Of a stretch of 64,000 nt of DNA, positions 1 to 12,684 are shown in pieces. How positions within the stretch are numbered: position 1 is the stretch's first letter; each line of letters begins with the position of its first letter. The DNA is taken from NCBI GenBank assembly GCA_965235115.1, contig OZ249445.1:12152001-12216000 (forward strand), written 5' to 3'. A program made the position numbers and the translations under genes. Origin of the DNA: Laetmonice hystrix. Lineage: Eukaryota. The notes beneath the pieces were generated by a model. It was not told the origin of the DNA, did no database searches, and saw nothing but the letters and a program-made list of their open reading frames with translations.

Positions 1-414
1 GTAAGTTATACAAGGGAGGCTTGTAAATCCTTAAAATCGCTTACTTAGTAAATCACGCAGGAGTCTAGGACCTGTCATTCTCCTCAACTGGGAAGAGCAT
101 GACCCAATCACTGCCCCTTTATAAATTATACGTATAGAAATACTTGTACCTCTCTCCTATACCACCTTCGTCCTTTGCCAGGGTAAGGTCCCTGCAATTT
201 ATTTCTGGATCCAAGTGATGAAATCCGTACAATTCTATAGAAGTGGACCTTTATGATAATTGTCAATTCAAAGCTGATACTACACTGAGAGGTAAGCATT
301 TGTTTTATACTTACCGTATAAATCTACTACAGCTCTCAGTCTATTGTAGATATAGACTGTATAACAAAATAATATAGTTGATCTTTGAGTGATATTGGTT
401 ACCAGTCTACTGAC

Positions 415-536
415 CTGTTATTGTAGACCTTCCAGACGACCTTGGCCGTGTCTGTAGTGGTGGTGATCAACTCGGCCCCATGAGTGGACGCAAACATGTG
501 AACGCCATTCAGCGAACCGATGATGGGGAAAGGAAG
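415..536 (-). CDS. Candidate coding exon, possibly a WD40-like repeat (LPFPIIGSLNGVHMFASTHGAELITTTTDTAKVVWKVYNN)
   Basis: Pyrimidine-rich acceptor ttctgttttacag and donor AG|gtcagt; 122 nt with only one frame open throughout. GxxLxTxxxDxxxxxW spacing matches the end of a WD40 repeat (by eye). A competing + strand reading exists. Confidence 0.35.
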
Positions 537-2052
537 CTGTAAAACAGAACAGAAAATATCCATGAGAAATGACCAAAAATACTCCAAGTCTAGAGGGAAA
601 GAAAAACATCAGTACAATTGGAAAGATTGTCTCAATAGCCACATGTCAGGAGTCATTTATTACAAATACAGAGACGCCGCCCCCTAGAAGCAAAGCAAAC
701 ACACACAAAAAACATCAAGTGCGGTCATTGGAACAATACAGATCTCTTGCCGCCAAAATTTCTATTGCAAGTCAGAAACTGGGAACAGCTGAGTTTGCAA
801 CCCCTCCGTGGACGAGATTCGTAATTCAAGCAAACATGGCGAGACGTGAAAGGTGAACGAACAAACGCTGAGGGTCTCCATGTCATGTCAAAGGTGTGGT
901 TCATGATGGCAGCACTGAGACAACAGATGTTGGTTGTGGTTTCTTTGGTAGCTACGTTTCTCTATCCGTCCGCCCCACCCCTCAACTCCTGATCGTTCAA
1001 AGGTTAGAAATCGGAGACAGTAGACGCTCGGCACGAGGAAGAGACCATAGGGAGTCATCGTTTGTGTCCCCTCAAAACCACTGATATAGGTCACACCATC
1101 ATTTTGTTACTAAATAGTGGACAAATAAAAAAAAAGGTTACTCTAGTTTCTAGAACACACTTAACTGAAGGATAAAAACAGAATTTCGGCGAATTCGAAT
1201 TTCCAAAATCAAATTCACCAACGCCATGTAACTTGTTGTAAATCTGTCAACTCTGGTAAGTTAATTATTTATTTAATCATCTATATATTTATTTATCTAT
1301 CTACATGTATTCAGCAATTTAGTGAATATAATTCGTTCGTAACCACATCATAAACCGAGGCCAATCAACTTCACAGACAGTCTTATGATAAATACTCTGG
1401 GACTAACCAAGGTCGGTTGGTTGGCCTGGAACCAACAGATATCCTGTCAGCTATCCTCTCAGCTTCTACTGCCAAACCACAAGAAAGTCATTTTACTGCA
1501 TGACCGAAGCTTGCATGTTGTAACTTAATTACCAAATAAACAAACTTTGACATAGAGATTGGAAAGGCAGCAGCTTTATTCATCGCTTTCCATTTGTTTG
1601 GATCGTTTCTTTATCCACCATGCCCCTAACCAGTCATCTATTTCCTTCCACTCTGATCACTACTAAAATATCTCTTCCCTTGTCACGACACACAACACAA
1701 CAAACTTGTAGTTTTTAGGATGCACATGACAAAACTGAGAAAAGACAAATATTTGTTAAACGTTTCCCTGACCTTCAAATGCCCCCTCCCCTATTGACAG
1801 GTTACTCGGTCCGCCACACTTACAAACCCCTGGTCTGAGAAATCCAACCAAGTCAGTTCATCTGCTGGCATACACCCACCTTCGTCTAGGTGGGTATCTT
1901 TCTCCATAACCCGACCGCACTGACATACTCCCGGCAAACTTGTGTGAACCTACGGTACACAGGTAGAGCAGAGTTTATAGATAATGTCTCCGCCAAGTGG
2001 TCAATGGACAACGATAATTATCAGATACATACACGTCTATATAGACGTCCCT

Positions 2053-2255
2053 CAGTCATGTACAGACCGGTAAATGTTACTGTACTACAGTAGCAGTCAT
2101 GTACAGACCAGTAAATGTTACTGTACTACAGTAGCAGTCATGTACAGACCGGTAAATGTTACTGTACTACAGTAGCAGTCATGTACAGACCGGTAAATGT
2201 TACTGTACTACAGTAGCAGTCATGTACAGACCGGTAAATGTTACTGTACTACAGT
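2053..2255. repeat. 41-bp tandem repeat, about 5 copies
   Basis: Unit cagtcatgtacagaccggtaaatgttactgtactacagtag repeated head-to-tail; one copy is 1 bp shorter. Confidence 0.95.
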
Positions 2256-2731
2256 ACAGAGCTACATCAGTTCTGTATCCACCAGTTGTTTACAGTTGTC
2301 AGTTGTATCCCCTGGAACCATATCTATGACGGCTGTGTGGTGTCGGGACGTTTTCACACGGCTCACCACTACCCTCCCCCGCCCACCCACAAAGGTAAAC
2401 AGCTTAATTGATGAGTCTGAAAAACATCTAATCAATATGCAAATCAGTGGAGGAAGCCCTGATTTGAAGGCTCAAAAATCAGAGCTGGTGTTTCTGTTAT
2501 GTAAAGAAGGATTTAATTGGACCTGGGCCCAAGCCATTTCCTTGGTTTTATTGTCTTCTGATTTAAGATGCAGCTTGTGCAGGCACTGTTTGTAGCTGTC
2601 GTTTTAATCTGGGCACTGGAGTTTATACGCCGTTAACCCACCCATTCTGTCAACTCACCCGGTACCCACCTCAACAATCTGTCCATCCTTGATTCTTGAT
2701 TCGTATACAACTATCCAACCGTCCTGCACTT

Positions 2732-3503
2732 GACCACCCTCCCTATCACCCAGCCATATCACACACAGACTGCTGACTGACCATCCTCCCCATCACCCAG
2801 CCATATCACACACAGACTGCTGACTGACCATCCTCCCCATCACCCAGCCATATCACACACAGACTGCTGACTGACCACCCTCCCCATCACCCAGCCATAT
2901 CACACACAGACTGCTGACTGCCCATCCTCCCCATCACCCAGCCATATCACACACAGACTGCTGACTGACCACCCTCCCCATCACCCAGCCATGTCACACA
3001 CAGACTGCCTGACTGACCATCCTCCCCATCACCCAGCCATATCACACACAGACTGCTGACTGACCACCCTCCCCATCACCCAGCCATATCACACACAGAC
3101 TGCTGACTGACCACCCTCCCCATCACCCAGCCATATCACACACAGACTGCTGACTGACCACCCTCCCCATCACCCAGCCATATCACACACAGACTGCTGA
3201 CTGACCACCCTCCCCATCACCCAGCCATATCACACACAGACTGCTGACTGACCACCCTCCCCATCATCCATCCATATCACACACGGAGTGCTGACTGACC
3301 ACCCTCCCCATCACCCAGCCATATCACACACGGAGTGCTGACTGACCACCCTCCCCATCACCCAGCCATATCACACACGGACTGCTGACTGACCACCCTC
3401 CCCATCACCCAGCCATATCACACACAGACTGCTGACTGACCACCCTCCCCATCACCCAGCCATATCACACACAGACTGCTGACTGACCACCCTCCCCATC
3501 ACC
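2732..3503. repeat. 47-bp C-rich minisatellite, about 16 copies
   Basis: Unit gaccaccctccccatcacccagccatatcacacacagactgctgact; near-identical copies with no spacers. Confidence 0.97.
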
Positions 3504-5034
3504 GAATTACCCCGCTATGCCATGTAACTTTACACTATCCCTGGGTTAACATGTATGTATACCCTGTATACCCTGCAGTGTCAATCATTACCGGTGTTTA
3601 CATCATGACTTACCGTATGTTATATACCAACGCCTCCACATTAAACGATACACACAAAAACGCCCCCTCTGTGTTCTATGTTGCATCATATCCATATTAT
3701 GTTTCCCGCACTATTGTGGTGCGGCGGGTTACACCTCGGGTTACGTGGACAATACCTCGGTGACTTTATATCAGTGGATGTTGTATGTGTACAATGTATA
3801 TGGTATATCGTCCGCATGATAGGTCTTCGCTGCACAGTAACTTCCAGAAATTACTATTAACAATCCTGTTTTTTAGATGACAGTTCCAGTGAAGCTTACT
3901 ACAAAATGGCCCCTGGGAATATGAAATCCATAGCGAAAATTCAGCCGCGGCGTTTTCTAATTGTCCATGAATCAGGAAAGGTGAGACGGGCTATGTACAC
4001 TGGTTCTGGATGGCGAATACCGGCCACAAAGAGCGGCTGATGATCACATTTGTATACCATCAGGGGACGTCCAAACCAGGGGGCCTCTCCTCAATAAAAA
4101 TAACATATTCCACTTGGATATTTCCGTCATGTACATATATTTTTATTTGTCATACTGTTTCACCACTGTTGTGATATAACAGTCGAAATATTATCTCTTA
4201 ATTTCTCTTTCAAATAGAAGCGGTAATTCACAGTAGGTAGACCGTTGTATTTTCTCAGGTCGTACGCGGGTCGTACGCGGGTCGTGCCATATGACAGCAA
4301 CTAACCACACACTATGGATTCCTTGCCAATTTTTAAACACTTAGTAAACGTTTGCTGGACAATGGCCGTTGGTTTGAAAAATGCTTGAAATCCAGTGACA
4401 CTCGCAAGGTGAAGTACAAACGTGCCTTCCAAGAAAAATATGCTGGATAAAGGAGTATTTAAAACAAACTGTAAGATTTGTGTCTACAACAATTTCTTTT
4501 TTGTTTAAACCAGAATAACTTCCTATTGTCTATCAGCCCTCACGTACAGTAGTTCCCTCATCCACCTTGCAGCTCCACTAACATCGCACCTACCAAAAAA
4601 AAAACCACTACATCCATCCTTCCATTCATGGATATCCCTTTGTTTCATCTAGACCTTATTCATAAATTCTTATCCACAGGAAAATAATATCCTTACACAA
4701 AAAGAAAGACCTACAACGCAATTAATACAACTGTCCTATACAAAGCTCCAGCCACGTGGTTTATGTTGAGATCCTGCTGCACACAAACTGACCGAGAGCC
4801 GACGTCAAACCGCACAAACTGGTCCAAGCAAAAGGCCCTGGCATCTGTTATAAACTCTGGTATCAATAGTTTCAATAGAAATCTGGGGTCCTTATGTTAC
4901 TTAATATACGAGACGTTCTCCGCGCGTCCATTTTCAAAGGTCATCCAAAGGACATATGTTATTGTCTGCTCATCAGACAATGGCTCTGTCTCGATCACAG
5001 CAAAGGTCGGGCTGAGGGCGGGGGTGATGTATCA

Positions 5035-5054
5035 AGGTCAAAGGTCATAGGTCA
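5035..5054 (+). promoter_or_regulatory. Triple AGGTCA half-site array (two overlapping DR1 nuclear-receptor-type elements)
   Basis: Sequence AGGTCA-a-AGGTCA-t-AGGTCA is seen directly. DR1 is the known RXR/COUP-TF/HNF4/TR2-4 element; function here is inferred. Confidence 0.45.
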
Positions 5055-5334
5055 CTATCTGAAGGACAAAGGGGAGCGGGGGGGTTGAGTGATAGGTGGG
5101 GCGACCGATGACGTTGTTACGCGAGCGAGTCGCGAGCCGTCTTTGTCTCCTCTGTCAGGGTGTGTATGTGGGGTGGGGGCGATCACCCCCACACCCGGCA
5201 TTGTCCTACCCTCAAACCCTCAATCTGGCACCTTCGGGGTGTCACCCTTGATGGGCCTAGATACAACCATTCATTAGTTTATTGATAAAATTCACAAATG
5301 TGCGCGAATTGATAAATTGCCCTGTGCGACCTAC

Positions 5335-5457
5335 CGCTTCATTTACTACATGTTTTCCACTGGTCTTTGCCAAGGTCAAGACTGAAGTCAACATATTCAA
5401 CCAAGGAATATTGCTGATATGCAACTGTGATCTGACTGACTGTCTGTAAAAGATAGT
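5335..5457 (-). CDS. Candidate coding exon (TIFYRQSVRSQLHISNIPWLNMLTSVLTLAKTSGKHVVNEA)
   Basis: Acceptor ctcttacttttacag and donor GCG|gtaggt; 123 nt, phase 0-0, frame-compatible with the exon at 415-536. Confidence 0.3.
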
Positions 5458-6510
5458 CTGTAAAAGTAAGAGGCGAATAATTTCCAGTGATGTAACCACA
5501 GACAGCTATGGCAGCTCTCAGTATATACCAGCGGTTCCTTACAAGGCATGAAGTGTAAGAGGGGGGGGGGGTAAAGAGGGGCCTACCGATAATGAACGCA
5601 TACAGATGGTGTGTAAGGAGATAGCTCTGTGAGTTGAAGCATATAGTGACGGGGATCACCTTACTACAGGCGGGTAAAGTGGCAACATTAGGCGGTGGAG
5701 AGCTATAGTCAGCATCATCATGGCCATCACAGACACCACGGGTTATACCATGTCTTCATCATGTACAAAAGTACTGGGTGCCTGGTTGTAGACAGATATA
5801 TGTTACACCAATTACAGCTTTCTGAAAATTAACGACTAAAACAGGAAATTGCTAAAACTTGAGAAGATCATCGACTGTCATGGTTGAATTATGTCTATAG
5901 TTTTCTTCTTTTATTTCAATAAGGAAGACAAAATCATCGTTGTTGGTACAGGTCTGATAGCAATAAAACCAACACCTGTCCAGCGCACCCTTATAAAAAT
6001 AGTTGGACAAAAGTAGGAAAATAGAAGGAAAAAGTAGGGCAGAAGCAAGACTGAACTGAGATACAGGACACGTACCAACACTATTCATGCTTTCACATCT
6101 ACTCTACAAGCGTCCCTCCTGCAACCAGGTAGTGATCGTCAACTTCTTAGCACATCTGAAAATGGTCAACTGTTATGACACCGGTCATTTACGTATCGGC
6201 AGGTAATTTTATTAAATTGGACCATTTTCAGATTGCAATCAAATACGTCTGTAGTAGCTTGCCTAATAATTATCCCAGATTAAATAATATGATCCCATGG
6301 AACACGGCCAACATGAATCTAGTTGGTGTCCCTTATCTCCATGACCAGCGACGATACAGGATACTGGGTAGCGTCCCATGTCCTCACTGCTCGTTGTAAA
6401 GCATACGATACTCGGGGCAGCCATATCTTTATTTTGATTACGTCATGAGAAACCATTGCCTTACTATAGGTCAGTGCCGCCCGTAAGAAAGTCAACTCCT
6501 AACATAGTGA

Positions 6511-6780
6511 GCAGTACTGAGATTCAGTTCTCAGCCTTTGCCAGGTGCCTTGTCGCGAATCCAAGGATTCCGACTCCGAGTCGTAAGGAGAGCAGACGAC
6601 ATGGCAATATTGACGGTCGGCCCACCACTGCCACCTTACGGCAGGCAGTACTGAGATTCAGTTCTCAGCCTTTGCCAGGTCCCTTGTCGCGAATCCAAGG
6701 ATTCCGACTCCGAGTCGTAAGGAGAGCAGACGACACGGCAATATTGACGGTCGGCCCACCACTGCCACCTTACGGCAGGC
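6511..6780. repeat. 134-bp direct tandem duplication (2 copies)
   Basis: 6511-6644 and 6645-6778 differ at only 2 positions by my reading. Confidence 0.95.
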
Positions 6781-9532
6781 GTCTCCCTAACTCCACCTTT
6801 TACAAACACTGTCTACCGTTACGGTACTTGCTGGGGGGGGGGGGGGGCGCTCCTCCACGGACAATGCTTACATAACCTGCGGGAATACAGCATCGGTAAC
6901 ATATCCAATTGACCTCTGGCAGATAAAGTAAGCATGGACAGCCCTCCTCACCATCCAATATTAGAGCCTACAAAATCACAAATTTACACTTTCTGCACTC
7001 CCCCTCAATACCGTCAACCCTGGAGGAAACCCTAAGTATAGAGTACAAATATGGGTCCTAATACAAAAGACGATATACCCCTTAATATCACATCGGCTCT
7101 TGATGTTTCAAAGTCCATATTTCCTATCCAGGTAACATTTTTCTCATGTACCAGTATCGTGTCATTTTCTCACTTCGGAACTAATGGTGTTTATCCACAT
7201 TTTACACTCCATTTGTAAACCAGCCAGTTTTCTCGATTGGAAAACTAGGACAAAAATCGACCAATACTAAAATACTGATTGTTCGTCGGGGTGTGTGGAT
7301 CACCGCCTTACAGCCGTGAGCACTATTTTTAGTCCTAATCGCGGATTGCCAAACGTTGGTTGTGACAATAGGTTCAAAGCCCCAGGTCACAACATTCAAC
7401 CCTCCCGTGAGTGTGACCATTACCAAACCAGGCCAACTCTCACCTTGATGCCTATTATGCAACAAGGTCTCGCACGACTTGGCACCGATGGGGCTCCCTC
7501 TAGCGGACCTTTCCGGGAGCTGAGAGCTCTGCCAGAAGCATGTATCCGCTTCGTGTTAACTTTACCAGAACAGTGAACACCGGACTTAGGAAGGATAAAA
7601 TCACTGACCTCAGTCACCCTTCTCCAACAACACGTACACGCTATAATTAACATTGTGTCTGACCACGGCCCCGTTTCCACGCCATATTTTACATGTGTCT
7701 GAATGAAAACTGAATGCGACACACATTTTTATATCATTATATGTTTGTACTGAACATGTATGTCCGTGCATGGAGACGAAGTATTAACTGAGTATTAACT
7801 GTGTTTGCATACACAGGAGAATATCCTCCTGGTGACCGATATGTGGTAGATTAAATCTGGCTCTAGTCATTCAATACACCAAACATATAATCTGTTCGAC
7901 GTATACAGAGATCTGCGGACACCATTCCCTATACGCTACCAACTCCTCCCCTACCACCTCAAGTATCTGGGGTCGACAGCCATTCCAATTACGTCCAGAA
8001 TCGGCCGATTCACCTCAATTCTCAAGGTCTTGTGTGGAGGTAAGCAAGTATCTGTCTTAGCCGTACATGTCTACAATGGCTGATATAGAATAGATAACGA
8101 CCCGGCCTTACTCCCCCTCCCTCCGGTGGCTCCCCACCCCTGGGCAGCGTACGGCGGGACGAGCTCACCCTGACATTCCAATTAGAGCTGGCAGGCTCGG
8201 CCGGCCGGTTGTGTGTCCATCATAACTGATTGACCGTAGGCCTGACCGGTCAGCGCGCTCTGCCCGCCGCCTTCATCACACCGACTCTCCCCACCACAAG
8301 ATGCTGGTCATTGTGCTCCCTCCCAGCCATCAATATCATAGCCACGGCTTTCCGCTTCCATCATAGCTCTAAGTATTGTGGCGGCGACTGGAAATGATTT
8401 CCCTACATTATCTGAGGTGGCAAGTTTCCATCCTTGGCATGCTGGCTTTGAGTGGTTCCCAGTAATCTATGACCATTGGCAATTCACTTGTAAATAAGGC
8501 CAGTGTCCAAAATACCTTCATCATCGTCTTCGCAACCCCCCAACCCTCCCTTGCCAAGCACTCGTGCACTTATAGCAGACGGCCTTCAGAAAACTGGTCT
8601 ATCATGAGCCCTTATATATTCACCTAGATTCATGGTGAAAGAAACCTTTTCCTTTTACCTCAGATAGCGCTTCCCCTTTTATCTCTTTGAACCTCCTTAC
8701 CATCAATTTTAATGTACATATTAGACAAATCCACGGAAAACCAGCCGTGGTCGACTGGACTTGATTATTAATAAACTCATATTTATAGGTCAGCTATACG
8801 AAAAGTTACATTGTAAAAACTGCCACAACCTGGGAGGGTCCAACACTTTTACACCATATTAGTCCATATCCGTAAGTTGTGTAAATCACAGATTTCATAC
8901 AAACAGAATTGATTTCCCATTAATTAACATATCCGATTAGGTCGGGCTACACAAACTCCCGGAGTCATGCCACTGGATCCTCTTCCTTAGTTTGGTCAAA
9001 CATTCGATTTATGTCCTTGGGTCTCTCAGCAGAGGTGGCTTCTCTTCAAATTATAGTAGACAGCCAGAGCTATGGTCCTCTCTGAAGTCATTTTCACTCC
9101 CGGCATTCGATCGCTTTCCCCCCGCCCTCACCCCCACCCCCACCCCCGCCCCCAACCTCCCAAAAGAAGAAGAAAAGTGTCTCAGTAAATAATACATCTC
9201 ATAGAATTGCCAGGTGTGTAATCTAAATTCATCATCTTTTCAATGACACTCCTTCGGTAGTGGTGAACTCACAGTCTTCCCCCCTCATGTGCACCCACGG
9301 AACCCTTTCAGCTCCTGCTCTCAAGGTAAATGGTCATAAATCCTACCCGAGTCAGCCTCACTGAGTCACTCTGTGGGCCCGATGGAGTATGAGGAGGACC
9401 CGGTCAATGACCTGAGGACGGGTTTCAATAGAGTGGCGTGCTTCGTGTCTGACGTTAGGGGGTTTCCATTTCAAGGAATGTCATTCACAATAGTGATGAT
9501 CAGTACTGATTTATAAGTACCACAAATCTATC

Positions 9533-9760
9533 TTAAAGCAAACAGCGTCCCTTCTTTCAATGACTCGATTTTTGTCAACAATCAGCCATAAGACGATCGC
9601 TTAATAGCGACAACAGGCAACTGGAATGTTGAATTTTATTAGATTTCTTCATGTCTGTGGGTATACATTTGAGTTATGTAGTCTAAGGCCTTATCTAACC
9701 TAACAGCCCATGTCTGCATCTTCGGTCATTGAAAGAAGAGAGAGTCGCTGTTTGCTTTAA
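9533..9760. mobile_element. Non-autonomous DNA transposon (MITE), TTAA-flanked, Kolobok-like
   Basis: TTAA at 9533-9536 and 9757-9760. Imperfect TIR AGCAAACAGCG...TTCTTTCAATGAC versus GTCATTGAAAGAA...CGCTGTTTGCT. 220-bp body with AG...CT termini, which fits Kolobok (TTAA TSD, RR..YY ends) better than piggyBac (CC..GG). Confidence 0.75.
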
Positions 9761-11049
9761 AAGTGTAATCCAGGATGATGGGGCGTCATCCTCGTTTAGA
9801 GGAACCATGATCTGAGATAGTGGGACGTCATCATTTGAGAGGCATAGAGTGATGTCATCATCGTTAACAGAGATCTGTAAACAGATGATGTGAGAGTGAC
9901 AGAATATGACGTCATCATCTTTCCCTTAAAAAGAGCCCAGAAAAGCTCCAAGGAATGTATTCTCGCCCTAAAGATGACCAGGGTGTAAATCCACCCATAC
10001 CCTCTTGTGAACAGCACCCATCACAAGTTGTTTTCACTCCCTCATGCAAGGTTCCGCAAACAGATAGTGTGAGGTGTTACGGCACTGCCGCCATGTTTCA
10101 AGCGACCATCAGATTCTACCGTAAACTTCCTCGAGGAATTCCACGGGTATTTACCCTGAAGGAGCAACCCGTTTCAGTATACTTCTACCAGGCCCTCTGA
10201 TTCACCAGACCATGGCTCACAAGGTACAGAATATCACACACACAAACACACAAGAAGGAAAATAGGATCTAAAAAGGTGTCAGTACTTCAGATCCTTCTT
10301 CTTCACGAACGGCTTGGCTAACGACACTTCAAGAACCATTACCATTATTTGAAACACTTCTTACATTTAATTGTAGGGCTTCTAACAATTCCAATTGCTC
10401 TTATTAGCAATCAAGAAATAAAACTGACGACTGCACTTGTAAAGATAAAAAACACACACAGAAAAGAAAAGAAGCTGGGTGAAAAAGAAGCTAACTGTGA
10501 CGAAAATCATGATTATAAAATAGTTGCAGAGTTAATCTACATGCAAGGTTGAGTCAGCTACGTGGAAAAATACCGCCGCTTGTCGATAGAGCGAGAGACA
10601 GACAGGCCTGAGTTCATGACAAAGGTCACGCTGTTGTTAGTTATAACAGCGGACGTTTGACATAGGGGTCAGCTATGTACGTGGGTAAAAATCACCAACG
10701 TTCGCAGCCGTCTCCCAAATACACGCTTCCAGTATAACAGGATAAAAACACTAGTCATATCTTTCACAGAAAAAAGGCAAAGCCTGTAATTACTGATGCA
10801 ATCAGGGCACTCGGCACCCGTCAGCAGGTAGAAGTCGGCGTCACACGCGGTTCCTTATAAACATCACCCAATACCTGTCAACCAGAGTTGCCAATTATCA
10901 CAAATGGACAGGAAGAGGCACGTGATCATCAGGCGATATATACAAAACGGACAAACTTGCTGGAAAAGAGAGAGATGGCAGTTGGCTCTGCTATCAGTTA
11001 CACTCACAAAATAAATACATATTAGTGGTATGATGAACAAAGATTACTT

Positions 11050-12681
11050 CCAATTGTTGTGATCAGGCATACAGCTTTTAGTAATTCTACGGAGAGAATA
11101 CCTCCTGCTGTTTTTCTCAAAATGGCCGACCATGGAGCGGATTTCTGAATGCCCATTGTTGAAACAATCATCAGAGAATACTAATAAGTGATACCATCAA
11201 TATAGAATGTCTGATGATGACTGGAATAAAACTGTCCGCCTATTTTTGGAGGAATCCTTGTCACTGTTAAGATCTGTGAAGAATATATAACTCATGATGA
11301 GAAGTGGGGGAACTGCCTCTGCTATGAATAAGAGAAATGGGATTGTCAATCATTCCTATTATCAAGAGGAAATGCCTCGAGCGCTTCCTACCAGAAAAGT
11401 ATGCTCCAAGTTGCGATAGGCACGAGACTTTATTTTAAATTCTATAGAAATATTTTTAATGCATTCATCTAGTGATAGGAACTGTTTCTTTACTAATATT
11501 AATGATATTATGAAGGAATATTCATCTACATTATCACGATTATCATTATTGGAGCCAGTCTGTTTCTGTTGGAAGCTGTGAGGTAATATTTCATGACCAA
11601 ATGGGAAAATTACCAATAGTCCTTTTGGGGAGTAAAGCCAAACTTTTAATGACATGGAAGAAAGCCTTTCTGAATCTGTTATTCACTATTCTTCATGCAA
11701 TTAGGGAAAGAAGATCCTGCTTCTGTGATACTATAAAGCTACCTCCATATTACAATTCAACAATTCTTTTTAAGGGTTTGAAGTCTTTTAAATGTTTCAG
11801 ATTTCATATTACCATTTTTTCTGTCCTGAAGCCAATACCATCTATGATACAGTACACTGATGGCAGGAATCCTACATTACCATACCAGCAGACTTGCAGG
11901 CCAGAAGGGAGTTAGTTTGTAGGTTGTGTGTAACATTGAACGTCCTCTAGCTTAGGCACATCCCTTAGCTTTAAACCTATAGTTGGACAGTAGATACTAG
12001 ATAGTGTTCCTACTCCAGAGTCCACACCATATTTCTCCACATTCCCTGGGCTTCTACAGCCATGTATTGAAACATGGGCCTGTGTTAGGTCTAGCCGGGG
12101 TTGACTGACCGGGCATCTTTGAATAAAATCCCTTGCCACTGGCCCCCATGGTACTGGCTGTCCACCTTGTCATCATTGGGTAGAATACGGACAAGGTCTT
12201 TCAACATCTTCTCTCTATGTCTTTTGTTGCAGCAATTAGTCTAATTCAGGCGTCTTTTCCCACCGTCTCCAATATCATGGGTATAGGGTTGTGGTTGTAC
12301 TATCCATACCATGGTGTGTGTTAGACAGTGATACTACTTATTTCATTTTAAGTAACAGCCGACAATAAGGGCATTGTAAACAAATAGTTCCAGTTGTCAC
12401 ACATCGAGTATTCCATGATATCATTGTCAGCTCTCTATTTCATATCCCAACTCGTCATTCCATATCACACTGCTTCCTATAAACCGTACGACAGTGAGTA
12501 AATATTTGTACTTCTTATACATTGTAGTTTTGTTTGCTTTTTTCTCTATCGATAAATATGCTGACTGATTCCGTTCATATTCCAGAATTTGTAATATTAG
12601 TATTTCTTTAAATTTCTTGTAGCTGCATTCAACCGAGATAGGATCTTTTTCTTTAAAAAATCGTCTCCTTTGGCCAATCAT
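11050..12681 (-). pseudogene. Stop-interrupted long reading frames; possible decayed retroelement or other fossil ORF
   Basis: Frames of ORFs 12427..12681, 11912..12139 and 11362..11655 continue past single stops for tens of codons. The segment AYLSIEKKANKTTMYKKYKYLL loosely resembles L1/Tx1 ORF2 C-termini. No diagnostic motif. Confidence 0.25.
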
Positions 12682-12684
12682 AAA

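Noticed and set aside
2053-3503. 41-bp and 47-bp arrays as CRISPR arrays
   Set aside because: Units are contiguous with no unique spacers, there are no cas genes, and the context is eukaryotic.
5660-5790. Minus-strand frame with in-frame TGA as a selenoprotein exon
   Set aside because: Two consecutive TGA codons, no SECIS evidence and no recognisable selenoprotein motif.
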